Notes: generated by a model from the sequence alone, not told the origin. A DNA stretch of 63,221 nt, filler included, from Reticulomyxa filosa (GCA_000512085.1; 20 parts of 20 records of this genome joined end to end with filler, not necessarily neighbours in it); one strand, 5' to 3'; shown: positions 27,470-42,000, numbered from the whole stretch's first letter. Program-made: numbers and translations.

Positions 27470-30036
27470 GATTATAAATGATTAGATTCACTTGGATAGA
27501 TGATATCGTCTCAAAAATAAGCCTTCACTGACGACAAATCTTAGTTGCATTATTGCAGTCCGTGAGTTCCCGAATACTGAAGTAATATGAAAAACCAATA
27601 ACTCGCGTTTAAAACACATTTTAAGAGCCAATGCCAAAAAATAATATTATATTTTGGTGCAAAAAGCAAAATTGAAAAAGTGGTATAATTCCTTCAAATA
27701 ATCGATTGATCCAAATTAACTTGTATTAAAAGAAAACTAAGAAATGAAGATNNNNNNNNNNNNNNNNNNNNNNNNNNNNNNNNNNNNNNNNNNNNTTAAT
27801 TAATTAANNNNNNNNNNNNNNNNNNNNNNNNNNNNNNNNNNNNNNNNNNNNGCTACAGTTAAACATTGAACATAACCATTTAACTTATTAACACGACAAG
27901 CAAACAAATGAATTGAAATCAAGTTGGAATCGGTTCCACAAATTGGTCAATTGATACCTGAAAATCAATTTACAGGTCTTAAAATGTAACACGTCACGAG
28001 TCACCACCGATGATGACAGATGCGATGTTGATCCAATCTATCGACAAATGCAGTACAATTGTGTCGTCATCAAACTCTGTCTCCTTTGATATATCGTAAT
28101 CGCAATTCAAAAGTGGATTGCTTTGTGGTAAGCTCACAAGTCAATTCACGCAATTTACAATACATCGACACAAGAAAGATAATATTGCCAGAGCTGCGAT
28201 GAATATAAATACAAGTGGTAAAGAATAGAGGGAATATTCGAGCAAGTGCATATTCAATGAACAACTTTCTCTTGTGACATACAATCCTGTTATTATTTAA
28301 ACTCTTAAGCATGCAAAATGGCAAAAGTCAATCATAGAAAGTTCTATATATTTTATTTGTATCATTGTTTTCAGTTAGTTGCTAATATGCCTTAACCAAA
28401 ACAATGTAAACATAGACCTTTTCATTTGTACAGTGATTTACTTCAGGTTTGTAGTGAAAGAAAAAAGAAAGAAGAAAAAGAAGAATATTAGATTAATGAA
28501 GGGGAAAAGAAAAAATGCAAATCAATAGTATTATAAACATATATATATATGGATTAATTCAAGAAATATAACAAGTGCTAATGAATCGTGCAAGATAAAA
28601 TTATCGAGAGAAGCAAGTGAACAGTGTAAATAAAGAGAATAGACACAATCAGTCCCTAAAAGGTGTTGACATGTGTCACCAAAAATTATGAATTTTTATG
28701 GATTGTATTAATGGAAGTGATAATGGACATTATGTGCTTACAATGGCAAACAGCATCCAGCTTAACATACATACTACTCTCACTCAAGTCATTATATGCA
28801 TAATCCGTCGTTATTTTTCACATGTATTTGCGATTATGTTACATGTGGCTCCCGATATCGACACACCAAAGATGCATGGAGACATTTCCAATATACAATT
28901 TGTATGACCTTCGTGTTGATTTGGTGCAAGATATTAAAGCTTTGGTATATTGCAAAAGAACTGTAGCTATTGTCATCAAGGAAAGATTGAAGGAAATAAT
29001 CGAAATTGGATGGTTAAACAAAAAACGTTGCCTTTCTTTCAAAGCAGTTTGAATTAATTTGTTGCTTGTTGTTTTTGTTTTTACAACAGCTATAGAATAC
29101 GCTAAGTCAACTGGTGGCGGAACCTCAAATGAAGAAAACGGTGATATACAGAAATACAGAATCAAACACTGCTATGTTAAATGAGAACGGAGGCGCTAGA
29201 AAAACTATATAAAAAAAAAAAATTGACATATAACGATATGCAAAAAGTAATAATATAGTGACCATCCCATAATAAACAGCGAATAGTGTCAATGCAAAGA
29301 CACACGAAGATGTTGAATCGAGAGACAATATCGGGAGTGCCATATCTACTAAGTCAAATACAAATTTGTGGATCTTTTCCAAGGCGACACCCGAGTCAAG
29401 GAAATATTAGACATCCTTTTCACAATGCACAAACTCTTAATATCATATCCCGTTCTTATTGTAATACCTGCGTTCTTAAGGATCACTTCGTCTCGCAAAT
29501 ACATGGACAATCCTGCCATCGTAAATATGAGTACAAGTCATCACTCCGTGTTGGAACAATGCAGACCCCCTTTGCCTAGAGACAAAGCGGCGACTTAATA
29601 CATTAAACAATGACCGAGTCATTGTATTAAATGTGAATAAAGATAAGGTCACAAGTGTTGCCTTTCAATCGATTACCATTTCCCTTTGGCTCCATTTTGT
29701 CGCTATTGTCGTCATTGGGCACTTGAGACGACGACGTCGATACAATGATATCTAATCTTGGGATCACAGTTGTATCAACGTATTTTCTCTATCTTTTTCT
29801 TCGCTAATTGCATTGACTGCTGCCAAAGACATCTTTGGTTNNNNNNNNNNNNNNNNNNNNNNNNNNNNNNNNNNNNNNNNNNNNTTAATTAATTAANNNN
29901 NNNNNNNNNNNNNNNNNNNNNNNNNNNNNNNNNNNNNNNNATATATGTTTATATATATACATACATATATAATGTTATATCCCCCATATAAATATGCATC
30001 TATCTGTTTTTATTTATACAATCAATTTGTTCAGAA

Positions 30037-30546
30037 TTGGAACGCGAAGGCGCCAAATTGAAGGTACAATTACGCGAAGAATTGGGAAAACTCACTCAGG
30101 ATTTAGAAATGAAATTCAAAGAGTTTGAACTACGACTAGATCGATGTTTGACCAAACAGTCACTTCGTGTCCAAAAGCATCGACAGGTAATCCAAGTCTA
30201 TCAGACTCAATCACAAATTCATCAGTTGGAAGAAAGTGACGAAAACTCAAAAAATGAAGAAAAGGCTGCAGACATGAAACAGATTGCTCAGGCTCAAGAT
30301 CATTCTGCTCATAGTGATACTGACAGCCCTAGTGGCAGTGTCAGTGCTAGTGGTAGCGTCAGTGCAAATGGAAATATCAAACATTCAACAAAAAAAAATG
30401 TCAATGACAGCAGCATCAATATTGAAATGATCCAGTCCAAAATTGCAAACGAAGAGAAAATCATTGAAAAAATATCTTTGGAAAAGGAATATCAAAAATT
30501 TCAGGAAAAAATTAGTCTGTTGAAAGACTGGATTAACTCACTGTGA
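30037..30546 (+). CDS. Coiled-coil protein, last exon (unknown function)
   Basis: 169-aa open frame after an intron-like AT tract, with heptad-rich termini. Confidence 0.5.
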   Translation: MEREGAKLKVQLREELGKLTQDLEMKFKEFELRLDRCLTKQSLRVQKHRQVIQVYQTQSQIHQLEESDENSKNEEKAADMKQIAQAQDHSAHSDTDSPSGSVSASGSVSANGNIKHSTKKNVNDSSINIEMIQSKIANEEKIIEKISLEKEYQKFQEKISLLKDWINSL

Positions 30547-31042
30547 GTTTTTTGTTTTTTTTTTTACTATTAGTTTTTTGATCGTTTTATAATAAGTGAA
30601 AGTATTTTTGGGTTGTGTCATGGAAATCTCGGGAACCATTGATAATACTTTTTTTTTTTCTTAAAACAAATATGCGCATTTTTTTCTAATTTTTATTTTT
30701 ATTTTTTTGTTCATTGAAACGATTCCCAATATTCAGTCTTGTTAGTTTCTACAACCCAATTTAAAAGGGAAAAAGGCAGAACCGAAAAATGTGCGCCATG
30801 TAGAATAAAGCGTCACACGACTAATTGAGACCATCACGCTTGGGTGTTGTTTCAAATTTGTTTTGAAACGTAGCACCCAAAAGTGGGTAATATATTTATG
30901 TAGCAACAAATATTTTTTGTTCTTTGAAAAATAAAACAATAATTCGTTTTTGTTTTTTAATCAATAAATTACTTTATTTATTTATTTTTTTTTATTTGAA
31001 GTTATTTTTAAAACTTAAAAAAAAAAAAAAAAAATCAATGAA

Positions 31043-32131
31043 TTATTCTTGATCCAGTTTTCGTTTTTGTGGACGTGATGGTTTTGACAATGTTATAGTT
31101 TTGTCTTTATTGTTGGTAAGAGTATTGCTATTGCTGTCGTTAGCCACATTTGCAAGCTCTCGAAATTTTTCAAATGAGAAACGAAAAGTATCGTCTTTGA
31201 TTTTTCGATTGAACTCCAACTCTTCATCGGTTTCGGTCATCCGTTCTGACTTGGGATAAGACTCAGTGAACGTAAGCGGTTTGCAAATGAATGCGCATTC
31301 ACTATTAAAGACGCGTTTTGTTCAGCGTAGATGGGCCCTTTGAGTTTTTAAGAGGCTTGTGCGTTTCTTTTTTATCAGTCGTTTCGGAAAACAAGAGTAA
31401 GTCATCTTCAGATCGCAGAATAGTTTCACCCAAAAGAGCTTTGATCAATTGATTTTTCATAAAATTCACGTTCTTGTTTGCCTCTTTCCAACCCAAATCA
31501 TTCATTTGTTCATTGGCCATTATTGGGTTTTGATCCTCTTTCTCTTTATTCATTCCCTCCGCTTTCTCTTCTTTTTGTGTCGTATCTTTACTTCGAAAGT
31601 AAAGGCCCATTTGTCCGCTAGTCTCATTCTCTTCTCATCGTCGGATATCACATCAAATGCAGACGTATTGTCGCGCTTTTTCTTCGCTTGACTTGTCTTC
31701 TTATCGACCATTTCTACATCATCCTCTTCATTGTCTTCCTCCGCATTGTCGTCATCCATTGCCGGATCTTTTGTTATCAAATCATTCCATGACGTTCCCG
31801 AATATTTTATTATTCTTTTATTCTCGCCTTTGCCAATTCGTAGTTGGTTTTCTGATTTGCTTTTGTTTCGCTCTTGCTTCGCTTTTTTTTCATTCTCCTC
31901 GTGGTCGTCTTTTTTATTGTTTTTTTCTTTTTTAAAATGTGCCATTACAAGTTTCAATATAACCCCCTTTTCTAAACTTAATTCCTTCCACCAATCTTTG
32001 AAGGATGTTGTGTCGTTCTTTGTGTTCGCAGTTTCATCTTTGCTTGTATTTGTCTCGGTTGATTGTGGTTTTACGGTACCGCTTTCTTCATTCCACCAAT
32101 CATCAATTTTGCCTACTTTGGTTGTGGCCAT
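31043..32131 (-). pseudogene. Charged low-complexity protein split by frameshifts (unknown function)
   Basis: Three consecutive ORFs in different frames with similar K/E/D/N composition and no clear introns between them. Confidence 0.35.
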
Positions 32132-32550
32132 AATCCTTAGATGATAAGTTTTTTTTTTGGCAAAAAAAAGGGGAAACAACCGTACTTAATTTTTAAAAAA
32201 AAGTTACGGGAATTTAGGTTTACTAAAATCCTGTGTACAATATCGAATAGACTCAAAATTAATTCCTTTTTTTTTTACACTTTAGATTTCTAATACATAT
32301 ACACTATTTTATTAATAAAGCGTTGATGAGGATGTAAAGAAGTTTAAGCTAGGTTAAGCAACAAAAAAGTCAGTGAATCTTTTTTTGCTCTGCGTAGCAC
32401 TTAACTATATATACCTCCACAAACATGACAAGTGTCTACACACAAGACAAATGAACCACCTCAACAAACAAAACTTCACGACAAAAAAAAAGCACATAAC
32501 CTTTAAAGATTCCTTTTTTTTTTTTTTTTTTGTTATTCTCTTACATTTAG

Positions 32551-32823
32551 TTATCTCAAGTTGTCCTCAGTATAAACAACATTCACAGGTGGGGCGGGAG
32601 ATTGAGGAGGAGAACTTTGAGGGATAACAACAACACCACTCGTTCTTGCCTGATCATTGAGCGAGCTTGGAGGCATAATACCCTCGCGAACTTGGCGAGG
32701 AGTAACAGCCGTGCCATATGCTAGATCCACCAAGACCAGTATTACGTAATAAGAAACAATCAGCAAGGCACCTCTCACGCCCACCTTACCCCACCAAGCA
32801 AGAGCAGCAAAGAATTTCAACAT
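32551..32823 (-). CDS. Small or partial single-pass membrane protein with Pro-rich tail
   Basis: Higher-GC 90-aa ORF with a hydrophobic segment (GALLIVSYYVILVLVDLAYG) at the contig end. Confidence 0.3.
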   Translation of the reverse strand: MLKFFAALAWWGKVGVRGALLIVSYYVILVLVDLAYGTAVTPRQVREGIMPPSSLNDQARTSGVVVIPQSSPPQSPAPPVNVVYTEDNLR

Positions 32824-32938
32824 CAGTTTAAAGTTAAGNNNNNNNNNNNNNNNNNNNNNNNNNNNNNNNNNNNNNNNNNNNNTTAATTAATTAANNNNNN
32901 NNNNNNNNNNNNNNNNNNNNNNNNNNNNNNNNNNNNNN

Positions 32939-33938
<1,000 letters not shown>

Positions 33939-34399
33939 NNNNNNNNNNNNNNNNNNNNNNNNNNNNNNNNNNNNNNNNNNNNTTAATTAATTAANNNNNN
34001 NNNNNNNNNNNNNNNNNNNNNNNNNNNNNNNNNNNNNNTCGAATTGCCTTGATCTCACTACCAATCATAGTAGTAATGCCTTTGATTGGAAGCCATTGTG
34101 AAAAAGAGGGATCTTGGATAACTAATCCGCACCACCAATTCCTGGGTCTAGTTTTGTGCTTCCATCTACAAAGATGATAACAAAGTTTCCATCCAACGAT
34201 ATCAGTATTTATTCTTGTGTCGGCTAACTCCACTTCACAAATGGTGAGTTATTCGAATATGGAAGCTTTGCAATTTGCTGTTTATTCCAATGTGGTCAAT
34301 TTTCCATGCCAATTTCCATATTCGATATCCCAACGTTAAATCGTGATCTGGAAATTTCTCACTCAATCTCACACAATTGGCTGATCACATTTACAGTAT

Positions 34400-35228
34400 C
34401 ATATGCTGTCGAATTCATAACTCCAAGAATTCAACACATTGATATTCTTTGAATCCTTTCTAATCTTCGTTTGTGGCAATCAGCAGCATCATTCCAAAAT
34501 GCACATGCATATTCCAATGATGGCCTGATAATTGTCTTATATAATATATTATACACACTTGGGAATCCACAATCAATCCCAAATAATTGACATAATCTGA
34601 TTGTTCATCTTTGGATACTTGGCTTTGTTCTTCTTTTTGAATGTAATAAATTGTGTCTTATCGGGTGCCAATAATTTCCATTTGGATGCTCATAATGATA
34701 CATTATCCAGACTTTGTTGTAACGATAATAATTGGTTTCCCATTTCAATTTTATCACTGGTATAAATATATGTTCAAATACAACATCATCTGCAAACATT
34801 CCACATTGGATTGGATGTTGAACTGCTTGTGTGATGTCATTAATGTACAACGGGAATATCAAATGATATAACGATGAACATTGTGGTACTCCTGTATTAC
34901 AATTCGATCAGATAGAAAACTATCCAACAACCAATACAATCTTCCTTTTAATCCAAATTCATGTCGTATTTTATATCTTAATCCATCTATCTAAACACTA
35001 TCATATGCAAATGAAATATCCAATCTGCATACGTGACAGCATTGTGATCGAAGATAGATTCCGTCAGTCTAAATAACAACTTCGAAGTGTTATGCCATGA
35101 CTGGCAAATACTGTGATCTCGATCACAATTTGGGCATATATCAAATTCTAAAGCTCAAGCAAATTTATTATGCCACTTCTTCTGTTATTTCAAATTGATG
35201 ATACTCATCTTGTTCTGGAATGCCATTT
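34400..35228 (-). mobile_element. Decayed non-LTR (LINE-like) retrotransposon reverse transcriptase
   Basis: GVPQ..LYINDITQAVQHPIQCGMFADDV and IYKTIIRPSLEYACAFW motifs, with many stops and frameshifts. Confidence 0.85.
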
Positions 35229-35328
35229 NNNNNNNNNNNNNNNNNNNNNNNNNNNNNNNNNNNNNNNNNNNNTTAATTAATTAANNNNNNNNNNNNNNNN
35301 NNNNNNNNNNNNNNNNNNNNNNNNNNNN

Positions 35329-36654
35329 GTTGGAAGCAATATCATGGGATAGTGAGTATACGTTATACGTAGTCCCACGTAACGTATACAGTTTGAGCAC
35401 GCAAGTACGAAGTGGTACAACAGTATCACAAGGTCCCAGTAACAGTAACAGCAGCAGCAGCAGCAGTGGAAATGAAGACATATTTGGCTTAGAACCAACA
35501 TGGATGCCATATGTGCATCAAAGTCAATCAGGAATGTCGTCTCTGATGAACTTGTCTATACATTGTATCGCAACATATGAGCAGTGATCAAGCCAAACAA
35601 ATATCGGGGACACTTTCGACAAATGCTTCAAGACTTCCCTCCTGCCGTGTTGTCGTTGTATTTGCTCGGAAAGAAGAAGTTGAAACAAATGATCGCGCCT
35701 CACAAGTCGGCCCTCGCCAATGGCATTTTTTGAACTGCTGCGCTCGCTGGTCCCCAAAAACGTGATGGACGGCAAAAATCTTTGAACACACACACACAAA
35801 CAGCGCTGGCACGTCTGCACGACTCGAGCAACAACACAGAATTTGCACGGCATCAACGACTATTGGAAGCCTATCCCAAGGCCACCAACATATTGACTTG
35901 GGATTGATGTCTATGTCTCATCAGCGATATATCTATTGAAACAAGATTGGAAAAGGATGGTATCAGGATTGGCTGAAAAGCTGAGTAATCACTGCATGCG
36001 AATCGCCGCCGCCTCGTCGTTGAGCGAGGCCTCCACCTCCCTGCTTTTGACACTGGACGAAAAGGGGTAATCTCGTTCGTGTTTTTTGCAGCGCGGCAAA
36101 GATATCAACTCGTCGGCCACGTTATTTTGTCCCTTGCTGAATCGCGAAAAAGGACGTGAATCCACAGGAACTCGCCACGAAGGTCACCGAACTGCACAAA
36201 ACTGCATTGTCCACGGTCGAGGCCGTGGCCGACGATCACGTGTCTGAAGAGACCATATGTCGTGTGTGCTTGTACACGAGCAGAGCTCCATGGGAGGGTC
36301 GTCGGGATTCAGCGACACGCCCGAAATGTTGCAGACCTTTTTTTGGACCAATTCCAAAAACGACTCCAAATTCCGGTTGTATCAGAACACATTGTCAAGA
36401 AGCTGCTGCCCGACCGCGATCGCAAGAAGACAGATCTTGGTCAAGGACGTTGCCAAGCAACTTGCTGTACGAGATTCGCAAACTGGAGTAATCTCAAAGA
36501 TGACTACCGTTGCACGATAAAAAAAGTACTTGGATCGCTTTGTCGATCTGCTCATGCAAGATCTCGAAAATGACGACTTTGATCCCAGCGTGTATATCAT
36601 CGGCGAGGATGGCGACGAAGACGAAAGCCCTGTTGATGAAGACGCAAAATCGAA
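35329..36654 (+). pseudogene. Frameshifted coding remnant, possibly with a degenerate vWA start motif
   Basis: Coding-like composition in shifting frames. Near 36260-36310 it can be read as VCLYTSSSMGG, resembling vWA LDxSxSM. Confidence 0.3.
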
Positions 36655-36754
36655 NNNNNNNNNNNNNNNNNNNNNNNNNNNNNNNNNNNNNNNNNNNNTT
36701 AATTAATTAANNNNNNNNNNNNNNNNNNNNNNNNNNNNNNNNNNNNNNNNNNNN

Positions 36755-37574
36755 TATCGACGTTTGCATTCGTCATAAAAACCGTAAATTCGATTGATTG
36801 AGGCGCATTCATGGTTCCCACGGAGAATAAAAAAGTTTTCTGGATATCGAATTTTGTATGCCAATAACAAGCATATTGATTCAATGCTTTGCTTGCCTCT
36901 GTCTACGTAGTCGCCTAAAAACAAATAATTTGCACTTATACTTTTGCCCGGGTAGCCTATGTGTCATTTTTTTTTTTTTTTTCCATAAAACGTTATTTTG
37001 TAATACTTTTTTTTTTTTTTTTTTGGATACGTATATTCTATTTTATTTCAAAAACTTTTCCTCCCTTTTTTTTTTTTTTTTTTTGGCTTGTTTCACCTTT
37101 TGCCAATTGTTGCTTTTTTTTTTTGTTCCTCTCCCCCTTTTTTTTTTCATATCACTTGCGAACAGGGGGAGAAGGGGGAAAAGTCTTTAAAAAAAAAAAA
37201 GACATTTGCAAGGCCAATCCACAAAATTAAACACGTATACTTATAGTTTTTTTTTTGGTACGGTTTTCGTAGAGTAGTTAGTTGTTGCTTAGAATGGGCC
37301 AACCTGAATATTCAAACAACCGCAATAAATCATAGTATTGACCGTGAATATCTCCTACAATTTTGATCGGTGGTTCAAGTTCCAAAAACACAGGCTGTTT
37401 GATGAAAATGTCTCTCGATTGTTGGCATAATAAGTCAACATCACTCTCATCCAATTCAACCAAAGTTCCTGGCCGCTCTTGTCTAACACTTAACAATTTT
37501 TCAATTATTCTGTCACAGTCTAACGATGATTTTGTATTTCCAAACTCTGTTTCTTTTTTATCTTCTTTGGACAT
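36755..37574 (-). CDS. PP1: Ser/Thr protein phosphatase PP1 catalytic subunit (3' truncated; intron 36957-37303)
   Basis: [48 protein letters not shown]. Confidence 0.95.
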
Positions 37575-38201
37575 CTTGTTTTTCCGTTGTGATTTTCAAT
37601 GATAATTTGTATTTATTTCTCTGATAATTTTTTTAAAATTCCTGTCGTGTACCGTTGCAAACGTAAATCGTCAAGTGTCGAAATAGATTGGATTCCCAAA
37701 TTTTTTTGGAGTGTTTATTGGTATTTCAATGATTGGATTTTGTGAAAGACGTATAATGTTTCTTCTATGGAAGAAAACTAATATTGTCAAATTTTGAATC
37801 TGCTCACCAGAAAGTTTAAAGTGTCCCTGGCAAAAAAAATTTGACCTTTCAAAAACGAAAAAAACGTTTTGGAACAACATGTTTTTAAGCTGCGCAATTT
37901 CAATTGCATTTTAATCGAAACTTGTTTTTTAAAATTTTTTAATTATTAAAATTGGATGAAAATTCCTTGAAATATCTCACTTTATCAAGTGTGAGCGATT
38001 AGAATCTCAGGAGAGCATTGTTTCATATCGAAAAATTTTAAGACCGTGCGAAAATCAAATTGACATCCCCAATAAAAACTTTGCAGAGTTAACAATAATA
38101 AGAAAAAAAAGAAAGTTAAATAATAAAAATTAAAAATCCAAATAAAATGGAATAAAACTGGCACTGTTCATCTTTCAATCCCTTTCTAGTCTTTTTTACA
38201 T

Positions 38202-38384
38202 TTAAATGCAGACAATATATCGAATGTGAACTCCCCCAGCCAACCGTACTCTTTTCAAATGGCGCAGAATTTGCATCAACGCTTTGCCAGTGTTATCGGA
38301 CGAAACAGCACCACACTCTCGGAGTTCATCTTCCGACACCCAATAATGTCCCTCCGTTTCAGGTGTTTCCTCTTTTGAATATCG
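38202..38384 (-). CDS. SKA1: SKA1 (spindle and kinetochore-associated protein 1), last exon, microtubule-binding domain
   Basis: Not in the ORF track. It reads RYSKEETPETEGHYWVSEDELRECGAVSSDNTGKALMQILRHLKRVRLAGGVHIRYIVCI*, matching the SKA1 C-terminus (EET..T.G..F..E.D; DNTGKAIL..LRH; RY). Confidence 0.8.
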   Translation of the reverse strand, partial: RYSKEETPETEGHYWVSEDELRECGAVSSDNTGKALMQILRHLKRVRLAGGVHIRYIVCI

Positions 38385-38556
38385 CTAATATGACAATGGC
38401 ATGTAAAAAAAGAAAAAAAAAAAAAAAAAAAAAAGGGGTTAAAAAAAAAAAAAAAANNNNNNNNNNNNNNNNNNNNNNNNNNNNNNNNNNNNNNNNNNNN
38501 TTAATTAATTAANNNNNNNNNNNNNNNNNNNNNNNNNNNNNNNNNNNNNNNNNNNN

Positions 38557-39641
38557 CGCGCCTTGAGCTGCAGCGACAGGAAGATCGAGTAGAGCCGCGA
38601 CTGCATCAGGTTGCCGCCATGGAACCACAGGTTTTCCTGCGCCGTCGGCTTCCACATGTTGCGCAGCTCGCCTTCCCACGGGCCCGGATCCTTGGCGGTG
38701 TCGGAGCCCAGGCCCCAGCACTTGCCCACCTTGTCGGCGACCTCGGGCGAGATCAGCTCGGCGGCCCACTGGTTCATCGAACCGTAGCCCGTGGCATAGA
38801 CGACGAGATCGGCCTTCAGCACGGTGCCGTCGTTCAGCACGACCGACTCCTCGGTCAGGCGCTCGATCTCGACGCCGGACTTGAGCTTGATGCGACCGTC
38901 GGCGATCAGCTCCGACGCGCCGACGTCGATGTAGTAGCCGGAGCCGCGGCGCAGATACATCGGGCCGATGCCGGTATTGTCCTCGCCGAAGGTCAGCTTG
39001 AACCCTGCCTATCCAGCCGTGCGTAGAAATCCGCATCGTCGCGCCGGATCTGCTCGACCACGGGCTGCATCACCTTGGGCAGCGCGCCGTAGGGCATCGA
39101 CGCCGTGGTGAGATCGGCGATCTCGGTGGTGATGCCCGAGGCCACCGCCTCCTCCGAATAGAGCGGCCGGTTGCGCGCCAGCGTATCGGCGCGCACGACC
39201 AGGGTGGGCGACCGCTGCAGCAAGGTGACGTCGGCGCCGTGCTCCCACAGGTCGGCGGCGATGTCGTGTGCCGAATTGTTCGAGCCCACGACAACGCACA
39301 TCTTGCCGGACCAGCCTTCACCGCCGCGATGGTGGCTGGAATGATGCTGCTTGCCCTTGAAGCGTTCGGCGCCGGGAAAGGTCGGAATCTCCGGAAAGCC
39401 CGACATGCCGGTCGCGATGACGAGCTGCTTCGGCGTCAGCGTCACGTCCTGGCCGTCGCGTTCGACGACGACCGTCCACTCGCCCTTCTTCTCGTCGAAC
39501 GACGAGCTCTTGCACGTGGTCGACGACCAGTAATCGAGCTCCATGATCTTCGTGTAGGACTCGAGCCAGTCGCCCATCTTGCCTTGGGCTGTAGATCGGC
39601 CAGTGATCGGGGAACGCAGGTACGGCAGATGATCGTACCAG
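38557..39641 (-). CDS. Bacterial FAD/NAD(P)H-dependent flavin monooxygenase (CzcO-like / type II FMO family), partial, apparent sequencing frameshifts
   Basis: High GC, no introns. WYDHLPY, ATGMSG, FKGKQHHSSHH, VVVGSNNSAHDI, YLRRGSGYYIDVGA, YATGY, GELRNMWKPT. Frame changes near 39010 and 39580-39620. Confidence 0.9.
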
Positions 39642-39822
39642 NNNNNNNNNNNNNNNNNNNNNNNNNNNNNNNNNNNNNNNNNNNNTTAATTAATTAANNN
39701 NNNNNNNNNNNNNNNNNNNNNNNNNNNNNNNNNNNNNNNNNAAAAAAAAAAAGGGACAGTAAAATTTTTTTTTTGGAAAAGACAATAATAATAAAAAAAA
39801 AAAAGGGGGGGGGGGGACAAAA

Positions 39823-40726
39823 CTAAAAGCGAATAAGTGCCAATATCGAACGTTTCACTAGGATTAATTTGATGGAAGAACTTGCCAAACATATGTCCCA
39901 TATTTGCGCCAATGAGCATAAGGGGTATGAAGACGCCACTGGGTACGTTGATACCATAGGTAAGCACGGCCAGCAGAAAGTAGGTGAAGAAGGCGACCCA
40001 CAACGACGAGTAATCGAAGCGAAGGGCATTTTGTTCGGTGTTGTCGTCAGACGTGTAGGAAAAGAGCCCACGTATGACAAGGTCATTTGGAGATATGAAC
40101 AAGGCGCCCAAAGGACTGTAATACGAATTATCGGATCCAGACGTGTGTTTGTTTTCGGAATCGCAAAAGATTTTGGAATATTCCACTAAGTTGTCGCAGA
40201 CATCTTGCGTGTGACAATTGACGGGAACTTGTTCGCATCTGCTGAGGTAGTAAGGAAGCAAGGTAAAGCTTGTAATCGTCAATATGCATACCAACATTAT
40301 CTCTATGATTTGCAACAGCTTTTTTTCCTTCACAAAATAAAAGCGAAATTGCGTTATCTTTTTGTTCAAATAATTGAACCACGCGCCGAGGAGTCCACCT
40401 ACTACCGCGATCAATATGAAGCACCACATACTCGCGAATTGGAAGATACCCAATTTATTCAAATTGATGCGGTTGTCGAATGCAACTAATCCAGTTCGAT
40501 TGAACTTTTTTTTATTTTTTTTTTTTTTAATTGCAAAAGGGGAGAGGAAAACAAAACAAAACAAAAAAACGACACATTACAAATTACAAACTTGACCGCA
40601 TTGATGCTGAGCACATCCCAATAAACCAACGACTGTAAAATCAGCCACTGCGGCGGTCATAAGTGCTCGCCAATTTAATCCTGACTTCCAGTGAGAACCT
40701 ACTTCTTCCAATGCAAATAGCATCCT
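39823..40726 (-). CDS. CLC-family chloride channel/exchanger (CLC-6/7-like), internal exons
   Basis: LFALEEV, GGLLGAWFN, Cys-rich luminal loop, TYGINVPSGVFIPLMLIGA, GTYSLL. Confidence 0.9.
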
Positions 40727-40742
40727 GTTGCCCAATTTCTTC

Positions 40743-40778
<36 letters not shown>

Positions 40779-40878
40779 NNNNNNNNNNNNNNNNNNNNNN
40801 NNNNNNNNNNNNNNNNNNNNNNTTAATTAATTAANNNNNNNNNNNNNNNNNNNNNNNNNNNNNNNNNNNNNNNNNNNN

Positions 40879-42000
40879 GAACCTGCTTTTACGTGCCGGA
40901 AAAGTAGTTGTTCCGGATCAAATGAAAAATGAAGTGCTTAATTACTTTCATTCTCACGGATTGGCACAACATCCTGGAGCAAAAAGAATGGCCTTATCAT
41001 TAAAAGAAAGGTTATACTGGCCAGGAATGGATAAAGATGTTTGGCAAGTAAAACATTGATTGCACCATTTTTTGATATCAAAAGGAAAAATAGATTCACA
41101 GTCTGGTGAAATTCAACACTTTTCAGCAACAATACCATTACAGATGGTGGCAATAGACATAATAGATCATTTACCGGAAACTGAAGATGGCTATCGCTAT
41201 GTCATGACAATGATGGATCGTTTTACAAGATACGTTGAAGAAGTCCCAATGAAAACACAATTGGCAAAAGAAATCACATTAACATTTGTAAATGAATGGA
41301 TATTTAGACATGGTATGCCTGAAACAATTTTATCGGATAATGCATTGCAATTGAGAGGAAAGATATCAAGTCTCATTGCAGAGATTTTATGAATGAAACA
41401 TCTATTTACATCAATATATCATCCACAAACAAATGGTATGTTGGAAAGGTTCCACAGATATTTAAAAGAAAGGCTAGTCACATTGGTGATTGAAAAGAAT
41501 TTAGATTTCAGTCAAGGGGACTCTTGGAACAATTTTATTCCAGCAATTGTGGCATCATATAATATTACACCGAATCGAATGACTTTATCAAGTCCACATG
41601 AATTAGTATATTGATCAAGATTTATGTTACCAATCGATATTAAAATGGACCATTTGCGCAAAAACAAAATTGAAAGCCAAGATATGTCAGTATTTTAAAA
41701 CATTTTGGGAAAACAGCTTGAATGTATACAAAAATCAGCAAAGATAGCACAGCAACCGAATACGTTTTGAAAATAAAAATAGTCGAAATCATTCATTTGT
41801 AATTGGAGACAAAGTCCTATTATATGTTGGAGATCAACGCACTGGGAACAATGCAAAACTACAAACAAAGTTTGTTGGACCTTATGAAATTGTCGAACAA
41901 GTAGGTCCTTCGACAGTAAAAATCGTTTCAGAAAAAGGATTTTTGAAGGTAATATACGTATCAAAGTTGAAAAAATTGGAGGTTGGAATTGATGGAACGA
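40879..42000 (+). mobile_element. Decayed Ty3/Gypsy LTR-retrotransposon integrase
   Basis: H..HPG..LYWPGMDKDV, VAIDII, MDRFTRY, ILSDN, YHPQTNGMLER and GPYEIV motifs, with in-frame stops (e.g. 41390). Confidence 0.9.

Noticed and set aside
29440-29500. SYCNTCVLKDHF resembling a DHHC palmitoyltransferase motif
   Set aside because: Lacks DHHCPW and the surrounding TM architecture. Contig 27852-29840 could not be assigned.
32545-32710. CTGAGGA and CTCCTCGC motifs on the minus strand suggesting hammerhead or HDV-like ribozymes
   Set aside because: No GAAA with matching stems and no P1/P3 pseudoknot pairing; only a simple hairpin.
38509-39697. Several overlapping Arg/Pro-rich ORFs
   Set aside because: Shadow frames of the GC-rich FMO gene.
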